Source of the DNA: Carpediemonas membranifera BICM
Lineage: Eukaryota; Protista; Fornicata
Assembly: GCA_019828565.1 (NCBI GenBank)
Contig: JAHDYR010000017.1
Location: 1-64,000 of the forward strand
Length of the DNA stretch: 64,000 nt
Reading direction: 5' to 3'
How positions within the stretch are numbered: the first letter of the stretch is position 1; the number at the start of each line of letters is the position of its first letter. A program made the position numbers and the translations under genes. Below the pieces are notes generated by a model. That model searched no databases and had not been told where the DNA came from. It saw only the letters and a list, made by a program, of their open reading frames with translations. Below, in pieces: positions 47,503-59,701 of this stretch.

Positions 47503-49100
47503 TTATTCAATCTCAACGACCTCGCACTTCTTCTGGTACAGCGTGGCGTGAGCCGGATCGCCTTCGATGACAATAGCGAAATTATCGGTCAACCCCCACA
47601 AGTCTGCATCGGGTGCAAGCATGGTGGTGCCATCAAACAGGTATAAGATGGCGGAGATGCCTTGCATGCCGTTGTATCCGTCGTATGACTGGACAACAAG
47701 GATGTTCCGCTTCTGCTTCCTCGCCCAGACTCGGATGGCGTTCGAGTTATAGTAGCCGGAGTCCGGATCTGTCAGGCTACGCTCCGTGACATTCTTCTTA
47801 GACCAGTACTTGGCCTTCACTGACTGGCAGAGGCCACGCTGCCACTTTTCGAAGTCGCCATCAACTCTGCCACCCAACTCAATGGCTTGGAGACAATATG
47901 CAACGCAGTTGCCGTCACTCTTGACATGAATCGCGGTACAGCCAGCCGTGAGAGCCTCCGCGTTGATGCACGTCTGCACCGCGGCCTCAGAGGTGATGCG
48001 AGTCTGAGTCTCCGGCTCAGTCTGGATGCAGGCGTCGCATGTGTTCACCGCCTCCTCTTCTGCCTCACCCCTCTTCTCCTTCGCCTCCTCCTGCTCCTCA
48101 TCTGACTCCTCCTCCTCTGACTCCTCCTCCGAGTCCTCAGGCCTGGCCTTCTCGGGCGTGATGATGAGGGCCTTGCGCTTCACAGACATGGAGGCCTCGG
48201 GCTCGTTCGTAGCGCGTCGGGGGCAGGAAGTCCTGGAGAGCGTGCCAGACTGTGGCGGGATGGGGCTGCATGGGAGTGATGCATCCATGGACTTGTCAGC
48301 GTCATAGGCTGCCTCTCGCTCAGCCTGCTGCTGCAGAAGGCGTCGATGCAGCGTGATGACTTCCTCACTCTTTGCCGTCAAGCTCTTCCTCAACTGCTTG
48401 ACTCTCTTCTTGTATCCTCGAACAATTTTGTGATAGTAATCGATGATAGCGCCAGTACCTGGGGGGAGCAGGGGCGTACCTTCTCCCGCGGGGGTCTCCA
48501 ACCATTCCAGGGCGATGATGTACTCTTCGAAGTACGAGCGGCAGGAGTGCTTCATGTAAGCAAGGTCTGCCTCCTTGCTGCGCACCCTGGCAACCATTGC
48601 TGTGACATGGTCGCGCACAAGCGCGTTGGTGGATGTCGCGTTGCGCCACGCCCGAACCTTGACACTCAGTGCCTCTTTTTCGATACGCGCGCCCTCATTC
48701 TCCTTGGCATACTCAGCCCTCTTGGAGTTCTTGAAGGCTGTGACAGCGGCCGACTCAAACGCCTTCATCTCCTTCTCCGTGAAGGTTGCCTCGATGTTCT
48801 CGTTCGAGGTCTTATCCTGCACCTGCTGAGACAGCAATGCCTCGAGTTCTGCCTTCTTCTCGCCCTGAATCTCGAAATATGAGCACAGGTGGTTGAAGTT
48901 GATCCCTATATAAACATTTGCACCAATTACGTACCGTTCTTGACGACTATATCGAAGATATCGTTCTCGTCGAGCAATTTGTCCCGAAGAACGGCACTCT
49001 TCGCCTTGTTTGTCTTCTTCTCCTTGAATTCGGTGATAACGGCCTCAATCACATCATCTGAGGTGCTCTCGATCCACTCGTGAAGGAATTCGAACGTCAT
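47503..49100 (-). CDS. OTU-like protease protein (OTU-1b), intact after splicing
   Basis: Exon 1 MTFEFLHEWIES..VVKN, 29-nt intron, exon 2 through SDGNC and HATLY. Confidence 0.78.
48906..48934 (-). other. 29-nt spliceosomal intron
   Basis: GTACGT...TTATATAG; contains an in-frame stop; removal gives VVKNG|INFNHL in frame. Confidence 0.82.
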
Positions 49101-50216
49101 TCTTCTCTTCGTTATATCCCAATAATGGACATATAACAGAGATGATAAAATTGCCAGTAACCGTAGGCAACGGGGTGTCGGAAACGTTATACCATACAAA
49201 CGGGGGATATAATCGCTCCGAAAACATCCATTATGTGGACTGAATGGCGATATAACGTATGGGGAGTGATCCGGCGAGCTTTCGGGCGGTGCAGGCTAAG
49301 ACACACCAAGTCTGTGGTGCTATAACGTACCTCGGGACGCACTGTGGAGGCCCCTAGAGTACTCGGTCATGGCATGTCAGACCAAGGGTCCCTCAAATCT
49401 GGCCCCATTCAGGATGCTCCCCCTAAATGTTCCGTTGCAAGCGTCTGACGGAGGTTCTCTGGATACCGACCAAGATGGAGGTCACGTGGATCAACGGACG
49501 ATAATTGCGGTATTCTGGCCATGCCTGGTACTTTCAAATCATCTGTACTGATCTGTGGTTTATTTATAGTTCATATCGTATGGACCTGGTGGACTTATGG
49601 TACTTGATGTTGTTTAGGGATTATTGTTGCTTTAATGATGCTCTGCGCCAGCTTACTGATGATTCTTAATGTTGTGCACATGCCTACTACGTTAAAGCCG
49701 CCAGTATTCTTTCTATTCTTAAGTTCGCCATTTCAATCTCGTTGCGAGCATAAAGTGCGCGAATGCGCGGGTCAGTTCCCCCGTTTTCAGCGAAGCTGAT
49801 GCGACAACACAGAGGCAAGCGAATCCTTACACCCCAGGCGTCGCCAGGAAGCCGTTGTCTGCCAGGATCTATAAGCAGTGATGAGATATACGGATTTCAG
49901 ACTTTCTGCCTGCACGACCTCAAATGTTGACTCCCCTCGGCACCGAAAAGGCACCTATATCCATGAATACCCTCTACAGTGATGTATCCACCCGATAAAT
50001 GGATTTCAAATTTGTCGGGTCTCATGATAAATGGATTTCAGACTTTCGTACTGTTGGCCATCTGAGAATTTATGAACGACCTCTAGAATATTTTGAAATG
50101 CAAGAACGTGCCTATGGCACTCTTTTGTACCCCTGAACACGGGGGGTGACCACTGTTTTGGGCATTTGGAGATTTCGAATTTTTGTGCATGACGAAAGTC
50201 TGAAATCCGTATATCG

Positions 50217-51446
50217 ATGGAAGGAAGCCCGCAGGAGATGGAAACAACCATGGAAGCTGTGAAGAATGCTTGGTTGTGCACCATCAGCAAGAAATCTTCC
50301 CGGAAAGCGGCTGCAAACAACCTTTCGCGGTTCGTTCAATTCTTACAACGTGAGCGAGGGAGTACCGAGGACGAAGCGCTCTCCGTGATCCGGTCCGAGG
50401 ATGTTAGATCGCTTGTGCCCGGTTTTGCTGCATCATTGAACAAGGCAACCGCTGCTGTCACTCTCAGTGCCGTCAACTCATTCCGAAACTCCGGCAGAGA
50501 CAATGTCAAGCCGCTTGGGCAGTTTGAGCCTGTCGCATCGGAAGCTATTGTCCGACTAGTCTTCCCCTACAATGCGCTGGCTCATATCATCAGCCACACG
50601 GGCATGACAGCTATTTCCGCCCGCGATATTGACATCAGTGAGCGAGCTCTTCAGCTTCCCGAAGAGCTCGCTGCCTGGATAGTATTCTCCAAGGCCTCAT
50701 CCGCACTGTCTCATGTAGCGCCGAGCACCTTCTCGGAGGCTCTCAAGCAGGTCGGGCTCAGTGTCAACCAGCTTCGCTATGCGCCCCCGGTGCATGTCGA
50801 TGTCAACCAGCTTAAGACGCGGGAGATTGAGAGAGAGAGACGGACTGGCAGGCCCAGAGACTTGACCAAGGTTCGGAAGGTCATTATGGACAAGCGCATC
50901 AGCCTCACCGATGATCAGTTCCGCCACCAGCTGGCAAACAGCCACCTGACGACCCTGCAGCGCCCGACGATCTTTGATCTCAACCCGGAGATCACAAGCT
51001 CTGCCGACCTGGTGCCGCCGATGCTCGATGACTGGCTTTACAACAGGCTCAAGGCCAGAATGATCGAGCTTCACGATACTAAGAAGAAAGAGAGGCAGAG
51101 CGAGGCTGACAAGGAGGCGGAGTTCGGCTCGCTGACTCGCGAGACAGAGATGCCAGAGGGCGAGAGAGAGGGCGATACTGACGAGGAGGCGGTGTCCGAC
51201 GAGCCAGCTTACCAGGCAGAGTGGATGCGCTACGAGGTGCCAGCTCGCGAGGAGAGCGAGGAGGGCGCCTTTGGTGAGGAGGTGGACTTATGCAAGAGTG
51301 CCGATGAGGAACCAAAGATCGACCACGACGAGCATGGCGGGGAGGTGGCGGGCAGAGATGGTGATGGGGAGATTCAAGAGAACGTGACTGATGAGGAGCG
51401 CTCAGAGAGCGATACTGCCGACAGTATCGTCTTTTCCTTCATCTGA
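50217..51446 (+). CDS. Tyrosine-recombinase-like protein copy 2
   Basis: 2 aa differences from 32350-33579. Confidence 0.4.
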   Translation: MEGSPQEMETTMEAVKNAWLCTISKKSSRKAAANNLSRFVQFLQRERGSTEDEALSVIRSEDVRSLVPGFAASLNKATAAVTLSAVNSFRNSGRDNVKPLGQFEPVASEAIVRLVFPYNALAHIISHTGMTAISARDIDISERALQLPEELAAWIVFSKASSALSHVAPSTFSEALKQVGLSVNQLRYAPPVHVDVNQLKTREIERERRTGRPRDLTKVRKVIMDKRISLTDDQFRHQLANSHLTTLQRPTIFDLNPEITSSADLVPPMLDDWLYNRLKARMIELHDTKKKERQSEADKEAEFGSLTRETEMPEGEREGDTDEEAVSDEPAYQAEWMRYEVPAREESEEGAFGEEVDLCKSADEEPKIDHDEHGGEVAGRDGDGEIQENVTDEERSESDTADSIVFSFI

Positions 51447-51610
51447 CATTGTAAAGAGGAAGAGTTTATGATTGGAGCATAGCTGATGTCCATAAACACC
51501 ATTCATAAGCCAGTCCTGGCTTGTTTTCCACTGCTACTTCTCTCGTTGCGACGCACAGCTAGCTGTCGCGAAATGCACTTTAAGACCGAATTTCACACAG
51601 CTACCTGTGC

Positions 51611-52921
51611 ATGGTGTTTGAGCTAGATAGCGACAAGCTGGAGCGACTTACTTCCTTACCTGGTAATAGTAGACAATATCTGCACGACTTTGAACCTGAA
51701 AAGCTGCAGGTCGTGATCAAAGTTGATGAGCATTATGGTATGGAGGTTCCCACCCTGCTAGCGCTCAAGGACAGTCGGCATGTCCTCCCTGTCGTCGATA
51801 CAGGTTTTGTCGACCGTGATCCAGCCTTCATGGCTCCTTTGGTCAACTGTACCCCCTTCGCTGGCATCTGCAAGGCTCACTCCAGCGTGCAGTTCCGCTA
51901 TGTTTCGCATCTGCTGCAGGCAGTATGCTACATGCATGACCACGGGGTTGTCCATTGCGATATTAAGTCAGACAACTTCCTCTTCAGCAAGAGTCAGAAG
52001 GGATACCTCATTGATTTTGGGTCTGCAATGAGGAAGCCGGCTAATGGCGACGACAGGTGGGCCATACAACTGAGATTCGCATCCGAGTATCGCGGCACCC
52101 ATGGATATTTGCCCCCAGAGCTTTTCTACGAGTACCTTGTCTCGCGCTCAGTGATTCCTGCTGCACGCGACACCTCCAAGCTCGCGCGCATGACGGCAGG
52201 GGCTCTTTCCGTCACTTCTTATGTCGTGACACCTGCATCGGACATTTACTCTTGCGGTATTGTCATTATGATGCTCGTTAACGGTCTCTCTCTCTCTAAG
52301 TCCCCCTTTGCCGCGAAGGTGACTGACATGGGTGCAAACATGGCGCAGATCGACAACAAGAAGAAGAAGAAGATGCTGAAGCTTGGTAGCTTGCTGAACT
52401 GGTGCCAATTCTATGGTGGGCAGTTGCAGTTGTCACCTCAGGCACAGACACATTTCAAAGATTGCCTCGAGTGTGTCAACGTGAACTCTGAGCTCCCGAT
52501 TCGCGGCACCACGCCACCTACTTGTCTCAGCCTGTACGACCTGGCAATGCAGATGCTCCACTTCGACCCTGCGAAGCGTCCCACTGCTGCCGAATGTCTT
52601 GAAAAGCTCAAGGTCATCATGCGCGTGCATGAATGCGTCGCCAAGCCGAGTCCGCTTCTGTTAGATGATACAGAAGAGGTCACCCTGTCTGCAGCTCAGC
52701 GAAAGAGACTGACCGACTGCTGTCAGCGAGGGTTTGAGGGTCAAGTCTTCTATCGGCGCTGCATAGTGTGTGGTAGAGACCTTCATGGACGCGAGAACGT
52801 CAGCTGTGACACATGCCACAAGGGATACAGGCAGGTGAGCACCAATAAGTGCGCAAAAGGTGTGCGCGGAAGACTGCACAGGCAGTTTATTGCAATGATT
52901 GAGCGGACGAAAAGAGATTGA
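51611..52921 (+). CDS. Ser/Thr protein kinase copy 2
   Basis: Translation identical to 33756-35066. Confidence 0.92.
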   Translation: MVFELDSDKLERLTSLPGNSRQYLHDFEPEKLQVVIKVDEHYGMEVPTLLALKDSRHVLPVVDTGFVDRDPAFMAPLVNCTPFAGICKAHSSVQFRYVSHLLQAVCYMHDHGVVHCDIKSDNFLFSKSQKGYLIDFGSAMRKPANGDDRWAIQLRFASEYRGTHGYLPPELFYEYLVSRSVIPAARDTSKLARMTAGALSVTSYVVTPASDIYSCGIVIMMLVNGLSLSKSPFAAKVTDMGANMAQIDNKKKKKMLKLGSLLNWCQFYGGQLQLSPQAQTHFKDCLECVNVNSELPIRGTTPPTCLSLYDLAMQMLHFDPAKRPTAAECLEKLKVIMRVHECVAKPSPLLLDDTEEVTLSAAQRKRLTDCCQRGFEGQVFYRRCIVCGRDLHGRENVSCDTCHKGYRQVSTNKCAKGVRGRLHRQFIAMIERTKRD

Positions 52922-53514
52922 TACTTTCTGTGATGCAGGAATGAGATCAATGCTGCTGACAGGTCTCGAGATGGCAGAGGTGCTGGAGAAGAGAGAGCAG
53001 AAACAGAATCAGAAGTAAATGTCCTAAGGAGATGTAACAGAAGTAGCAAGCAATGTTTAATAACGTATGAACAGTCCTTTTGATGTTGTTTAGTGATTTT
53101 GTGCATTAACGACCGAGAACAGTGGAGTGCAACGCAGATGTTGGTTATTGATGGTAGATGGCGCGCTTTTGACGACAGCTGGTTGCTTTTGCAGTATAAA
53201 AGAACCGCATAGCTGCCACTAGTTCCTTCCAATAATGCTTTCCCGCCATTTTGAGGTTGGAATGAAATTCCAAGCACCGTGCACTTTATGTAATTGCCCA
53301 ATATCAACGCCACCCCCGCCCCCCAGCGCCTCCACGCCCCACGCCAACGCCACCTCCGCCCCCTGGCGCTCAGTTCAGGAGATGTCCGGTCGATAAGCCA
53401 TAAACTGCACGGATCCACAAACGTGGATTGGCCTGAACGACAGCGCTGAGGCCCAAACAGGTGGTGAGACATTAAAAAGACTCATTTGCAATCCATTTAC
53501 TCAGTCCTCACCCT

Positions 53515-54665
53515 CTAACCACTTGTCTCGATCTCTGAATCATCCTCTATTGTGTTGTCCGCATGCTTCTGCTTTTCGGGCGACTCATGGGTCACCGCCG
53601 CGGTTTGTCCGAGACCAAATGCCATTCTTGCAAACGCCATAAGGTCTGGCGGGAATGTACTGCTTGTCGTCAGAGCATTGTAGATCTCAGGACGGATATC
53701 TTTCGCCGTTGAGTAAACCATGCACAGATGACTGTGAACAATGAGGGTGCTCAAGCCCCTGACTGTATCGTTATCCTTCGGGATCATTCGGTTCTTCAGC
53801 AAGGAAGTGAAGTCGGCGAAGTGGATGATGATGACACCAATGATGTTGTGGAACTTTGACATCATGCTTTCTGTCTCACCCATCAGTTTCAGACGCTCCA
53901 CAACGTTGTTGTAGAAGGGGGTCTTCGTTATGTTAAGGCGTGTGGAAAGTGCACCTTGCTTGTTCGCCTGGACAAAGATCCTCTGCTGCTGAAGAGCCAC
54001 TGAGAGCAGGGCGTCGCTGGGGGCCACGTTTTCGTTATACTTAATCTTCTGGCTTGACAAACAGTCGTATAGACAAAGCTGGTAAGCAATCCAGGCCCGA
54101 ATAACTCGGACGTTGTTCTCCTGGAATGAGTGTTCCAGCTCGTGAAGGGTCGACTCACTGGCGTTGAAACCATCCATCCCAGAGATATCGATGGTAATGG
54201 CAGAGTTTTTCGGCACGCTGCGAATCCACGTTTCAAGGCTTGTCTCTTCCTGGCGGCTGAGGTTCTTGAGTGGTACGATGACCTGCTGTTGTGTCGGGGC
54301 AGGCGTACCAGCGCGTCGCGGCGCCAGCTGTCTCAGCTTCTTTGTCTGCACCTTCTTCTTCGCAGACTTGGTGGTCTTGGGCTGAAGCTTGGATGCAGGC
54401 TTGGCGGTTTCTCCTACCGCGACAGGCACATCTTCAATGGGCTCTTGGGGAATCTCCGCCAGGAGATCTAGCTCTTCATGATAGACGGGCTGTCGGCGAA
54501 GAGATCGCGCAAGAAACGGTCGAATGCTCTGTCAAACTCACCAGAAATGACCGCGGCGATCTTTCGGGCCTGTCTGTTGTTTCTTTCTGATGGGACAGGG
54601 CCACAAGTAAGCTCAATAGCAGCAATAAGCTGCTGCAAATGCAGTTCTGACTCCAGAGTGTCCAT
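53515..54665 (-). CDS. Family F protein (frameshift ~54470)
   Basis: Homologous to 19469-20755 along its length. Confidence 0.7.
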
Positions 54666-55332
54666 TGCTGCATAAGCTGCACATGAATCCAGCCTGGTCG
54701 ATTCCTTCACGCGGCAGACAAGAAGAGAGACGTGCCAGGCATGGCACTCTCTCTGGCAATGGCAAGTCTTCAACGGGAAGCCGCGAACGCCTCGTTGATC
54801 TGTCTTGGCATTTGTTGAGGACAACACAGCTGTAAACGACAATAAGATGAAACAGAAGTAGCAAGCAATGTTTAATAACGTATGAACAGTCCTTTTGATG
54901 TTGTTTAGTGATTTTGTGCATTAACGACCGAGAACAGTGGAGTGCAACGCAGATGTTGGTTATTGATGGTAGATGGCGCGCTTTTTGACGACAGCTGGTT
55001 GCTTTTGCAGTATAAAGAACCGCATAGCTGCCACTAGTTCCTTCCAATAATGCTTTCCCGCCATTTTGAGGTTGGAATGAAATTCCAAGCACCGTGCACT
55101 TTATGTAATTGCCCAATATCAACGCCACCCCCGCCCCCAGCGCCTCCACGCCCCACGCCAACGCCACCTCCGCCCCCTGGCGCTCAGTTCAGGAGATGTC
55201 CGGTCGATAAGCCATAAACTGCACGGATCCACAAACGTGGATTGGCCTGAACGACAGCGCTGAGGCCCAAACAGGTGGTGAGACATTAAAAAGACTCATT
55301 TGCAATCCATTTAACCACATCACTCTCTCTGA

Positions 55333-55919
55333 TCATTCATATTTGAAGGTTAGGGCATTAACAACCATGTGATCCTTCGCGCTGGAGTTAAGACGATAAA
55401 TGATGTAGTAGGTAAACTCTTCTTCATCGATCTTCTCGTCAACAAGCGCCTTATACCAAACCATGAACTCATTGGGAACGGTGACCATCACGAAGACAAT
55501 CTTGCGTTCAATATCAGAGACACGGAAGGGGAAGTGCTGAGTCGCAAAGTCAGCTAGCGTCCTGCCGCTACAGGAAAAGGCGATCTTGCCCCAATGCAGG
55601 AACTCCAAGTGACGCTGCATGACGCTTGATGCTCGCTCAATGCTCCACGAGAGGAAGATGATATTGTTCTCGTGATGCTGTCCGTACCCGAGCACCGCAC
55701 AACTCCGTCTCCATAGCTCTCCTGCAGAGCAGCCGTTTTCTCGTTGTAAATCGTCGCCGCGTTCTCTGTAGTTAGCCAGAACATCACAAATCGTTCCACA
55801 CAGGAATCCTCGATCATGTTGATGCATTGACTTGCGGTCTCTATCTTACCACGCTTTATAGTGGTGTATAGAGCCGCAAGATGCTCAAATGCGATCCACT
55901 GTTGGCTGTCTGTCGTCAT
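55333..55919 (-). pseudogene. SET-partner with a 16-bp deletion
   Basis: Lacks gatacatgctcgacac, causing a frameshift. Confidence 0.75.
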
Positions 55920-55973
55920 CGTTCAAATCCGATGTGCAGGTTATGGAACAGAGAGCGAGTTTCGCAATTGTGA

Positions 55974-56702
55974 GTGACAACAGGAATGCACACTATCATG
56001 ATCCCGCATGTTGCTACAGATGGATCAGAGGAAGAGGAGAACATTACAATGTCTTTAGATGATTACGAGAAATTGATGTCTCTGAAAAAGCTCTCTAAGG
56101 AGGATAGAGAGCAGTTCCTCGGTGCAGGTGGCAAGAAGGCGGACTCTGAGCATGCAGGCGAAGAACTACTTGAGAACGGCATCGCTAAGACCGCAGATGG
56201 GATCCTTCTTGAGCCACAGAAGTCCCTCATGGGCACCGATGTTGGCCAAGGGGTCATCTCGTCGCACCGAATCGACTTCGGTTCTCTGGTCGGTGTCTAT
56301 GCTGGTGAGGTCATCCATGAGCGCCAGTCAAATGGTAACTACGACTACCTCATCGATGGAACCCAGTTTTGCGTCAGCGCCAACCCTGAAACAATCGGTG
56401 TCCATCGCATCAACGACAACCCGGTCGTGACCAATGTGCAGTGCCATATTGGTCACGTTCTTGTTCGTGTTGCTGCTGATGAGACGAAACTGCTCCCGCT
56501 TCTCTTCTTCGTGTGCGTTCGAACAATTCACCCCTACGAATATTTATCACTCGAGTACGACCATCACTACTGGGCCCAAGGAGAGTGGGAGCGACTTCCG
56601 CTGTTCGTTGTGTCGTTCAAGCGCCTTGCCCAGAACGCATCCCTCCATGGTATATCTTCTGCCCGAGAGACGGCGCGTCAGTACCTGCGCCTGGCTGAAT
56701 AG
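55974..56702 (+). CDS. SET-domain protein, array copy
   Basis: Same protein as 36317-37045. Confidence 0.8.
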   Translation: MTTGMHTIMIPHVATDGSEEEENITMSLDDYEKLMSLKKLSKEDREQFLGAGGKKADSEHAGEELLENGIAKTADGILLEPQKSLMGTDVGQGVISSHRIDFGSLVGVYAGEVIHERQSNGNYDYLIDGTQFCVSANPETIGVHRINDNPVVTNVQCHIGHVLVRVAADETKLLPLLFFVCVRTIHPYEYLSLEYDHHYWAQGEWERLPLFVVSFKRLAQNASLHGISSARETARQYLRLAE

Positions 56703-57180
56703 GTAAACGGACGTCTATAGTATCTATCTTTTGTTCCTTTCTGATGTTGTTTAGTGATTTTTGTGCATTAACGACCGAGAACAGTGGAGTGCAACGCAGA
56801 TGTTGGTTATTGATGGTAGATGGCGCGCTTTTTGACGACAGCTGGTTGCTTTTGCAGTATAAAGAACCGCATAGCTGCCACTAGTTCCTTCCAATAATGC
56901 TTTCCCGCCATTTTGAGGTTGGAATGAAATTCCAAGCACCGTGCACTTTATGTAATTGCCCAATATCAACGCCACCCCCGCCCCCAGCGCCTCCACGCCC
57001 CACGCCAACGCCACCTCCGCCCCCCTGGCGCTCAGTTCAGGAGATGTCCGGTCGATAAGCCATAAACTGCACGGATCCACAAACGTGGATTGGCCTGAAC
57101 GACAGCGCTGAGGCCCAAACAGGTGATGAGACATTAAAAAGACTCATTTGCAATCCATTTAACCACATCACTCTCTCTGA

Positions 57181-57783
57181 TCATTCATATTTGAAGGTTA
57201 GGGCATTAACAACCATGTGATCCTTCGCGCTGGAGTTAAGACGATAAATGATGTAGTAGGTAAACTCTTCTTCATCGATCTTCTCGTCAACAAGCGCCTT
57301 ATACCAAACCATGAACTCATTGGGAACGGTGACCATCACGAAGACAATCTTGCGTTCAATATCAGAGACACGGAAGGGGAAGTGCTGAGTCGCAAAGTCA
57401 GCTAGCGTCCTGCCGCTACAGGAAAGGGCGATCTTGCCCCAATGCAGGAACTCCAAGTGACGCTGCATGACGCTTGATGCTCGCTCAATGCTCGATACAT
57501 GCTCGACACCACGAGAGGAAGATGATATTGTTCTCGTGATGCTGTCCGTACCCGAGCACCGCACAACTCCGTCTCCATAGCTCTCCTGCAGAGCAGCCGT
57601 TTTCTCGTTGTAAATCGTCGCCGCGTTCTCTGTAGTTAGCCAGAACATCACAAATCGTTCCACACAGGAATCCTCGATCATGTTGATGCATTGACTTGCG
57701 GTCTCTATCTTACCACGCTTTATAGTGGTGTATAGAGCCGCAAGATGCTCAAATGCGATCCACTGTTGGCTGTCTGTCGTCAT
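57181..57783 (-). CDS. SET-partner, array copy
   Basis: 200-aa ORF. Confidence 0.75.
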   Translation of the reverse strand: MTTDSQQWIAFEHLAALYTTIKRGKIETASQCINMIEDSCVERFVMFWLTTENAATIYNEKTAALQESYGDGVVRCSGTDSITRTISSSSRGVEHVSSIERASSVMQRHLEFLHWGKIALSCSGRTLADFATQHFPFRVSDIERKIVFVMVTVPNEFMVWYKALVDEKIDEEEFTYYIIYRLNSSAKDHMVVNALTFKYE

Positions 57784-57837
57784 CGTTCAAATCCGATGTG
57801 CAGGTTATGGAACAGAGAGCGAGTTTCGCAATTGTGA

Positions 57838-58566
57838 GTGACAACAGGAATGCACACTATCATGATCCCGCATGTTGCTACAGCTGGATCAGAGGAAGAG
57901 GAGAACATTACAATGTCTTTAGATGATTACGAGAAATTGATGTCTCTGAAAAAGCTCTCTAAGGAGGATAGAGAGCAGTTCCTCGGTGCAGGTGGCAAGA
58001 AGGCGGACTCTGAGCATGCAGGCGAAGAACTACTTGAGAACGGCATCGCTAAGACCGCAGATGGGATCCTTCTTGAGCCACAGAAGTCCCTCATGGGCAC
58101 CGATGTTGGCCAAGGGGTCATCTCGTCGCACCGAATCGACTTCGGTTCTCTGGTCGGTGTCTATGCTGGTGAGGTCATCCATGAGCGCCAGTCAAATGGT
58201 AACTACGACTACCTCATCGATGGAACCCAGTTTTGCGTCAGCGCCAACCCTGAAACAATCGGTGTCCATCGCATCAACGACAACCCGGTCGTGACCAATG
58301 TGCAGTGCCATATTGGTCACGTTCTTGTTCGTGTTGCTGCTGATGAGACGAAACTGCTCCCGCTTCTCTTCTTCGTGTGCGTTCGAACAATTCACCCCTA
58401 CGAATATTTATCACTCGAGTACGACCATCACTACTGGGCCCAAGGAGAGTGGGAGCGACTTCCGCTGTTCGTTGTGTCGTTCAAGCGCCTTGCCCAGAAC
58501 GCATCCCTCCATGGTATATCTTCTGCCCGAGAGACGGCGCGTCAGTACCTGCGCCTGGCTGAATAG
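57838..58566 (+). CDS. SET-domain protein, array copy
   Basis: D16A variant. Confidence 0.8.
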   Translation: MTTGMHTIMIPHVATAGSEEEENITMSLDDYEKLMSLKKLSKEDREQFLGAGGKKADSEHAGEELLENGIAKTADGILLEPQKSLMGTDVGQGVISSHRIDFGSLVGVYAGEVIHERQSNGNYDYLIDGTQFCVSANPETIGVHRINDNPVVTNVQCHIGHVLVRVAADETKLLPLLFFVCVRTIHPYEYLSLEYDHHYWAQGEWERLPLFVVSFKRLAQNASLHGISSARETARQYLRLAE

Positions 58567-59044
58567 GTAAACGGACGTCTATAGTATCTATCTTTTGTTC
58601 CTTTCTGATGTTGTTTAGTGATTTTTGTGCATTAACGACCGAGAACAGTGGAGTGCAACGCAGATGTTGGTTATTGATGGTAGATGGCGCGCTTTTTGAC
58701 GACAGCTGGTTGCTTTTGCAGTATAAAGAACCGCATAGCTGCCACTAGTTCCTTCCAATAATGCTTTCCCGCCATTTTGAGGTTGGAATGAAATTCCAAG
58801 CACCGTGCACTTTATGTAATTGCCCAATATCAACGCCACCCCCGCCCCCAGCGCCTCCACGCCCCACGCCAACGCCACCTCCGCCCCCCTGGCGCTCAGT
58901 TCAGGAGATGTCCGGTCGATAAGCCATAAACTGCACGGATCCACAAACGTGGATTGGCCTGAACGACAGCGCTGAGGCCCAAACAGGTGATGAGACATTA
59001 AAAAGACTCATTTGCAATCCATTTAACCACATCACTCTCTCTGA

Positions 59045-59647
59045 TCATTCATATTTGAAGGTTAGGGCATTAACAACCATGTGATCCTTCGCGCTGGAGT
59101 TAAGACGATAAATGATGTAGTAGGTAAACTCTTCTTCATCGATCTTCTCGTCAACAAGCGCCTTATACCAAACCATGAACTCATTGGGAACGGTGACCAT
59201 CACGAAGACAATCTTGCGTTCAATATCAGAGACACGGAAGGGGAAGTGCTGAGTCGCAAAGTCAGCTAGCGTCCTGCCGCTACAGGAAAGGGCGATCTTG
59301 CCCCAATGCAGGAACTCCAAGTGACGCTGCATGACGCTTGATGCTCGCTCAATGCTCGATACATGCTCGACACCACGAGAGGAAGATGATATTGTTCTCG
59401 TGATGCTGTCCGTACCCGAGCACCGCACAACTCCGTCTCCATAGCTCTCCTGCAGAGCAGCCGTTTTCTCGTTGTAAATCGTCGCCGCGTTCTCTGTTGT
59501 TAGCCAGAACATCACAAATCGTTCCACACAGGAATCCTCGATCATGTTGATGCATTGACTTGCGGTCTCTATCTTACCACGCTTTATAGTGGTGTATAGA
59601 GCCGCAAGATGCTCAAATGCGATCCACTGTTGGCTGTCTGTCGTCAT
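59045..59647 (-). CDS. SET-partner, array copy
   Basis: 200-aa ORF. Confidence 0.75.
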   Translation of the reverse strand: MTTDSQQWIAFEHLAALYTTIKRGKIETASQCINMIEDSCVERFVMFWLTTENAATIYNEKTAALQESYGDGVVRCSGTDSITRTISSSSRGVEHVSSIERASSVMQRHLEFLHWGKIALSCSGRTLADFATQHFPFRVSDIERKIVFVMVTVPNEFMVWYKALVDEKIDEEEFTYYIIYRLNSSAKDHMVVNALTFKYE

Positions 59648-59701
59648 CGTTCAAATCCGATGTGCAGGTTATGGAACAGAGAGCGAGTTTCGCAATTGTG
59701 A

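Larger units (their letters stand above)
49310..53499. repeat. Duplication of ~31445-35640 (recombinase-like gene, kinase, block Y)
   Basis: Near-identical DNA; identical kinase translation. Confidence 0.92.
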
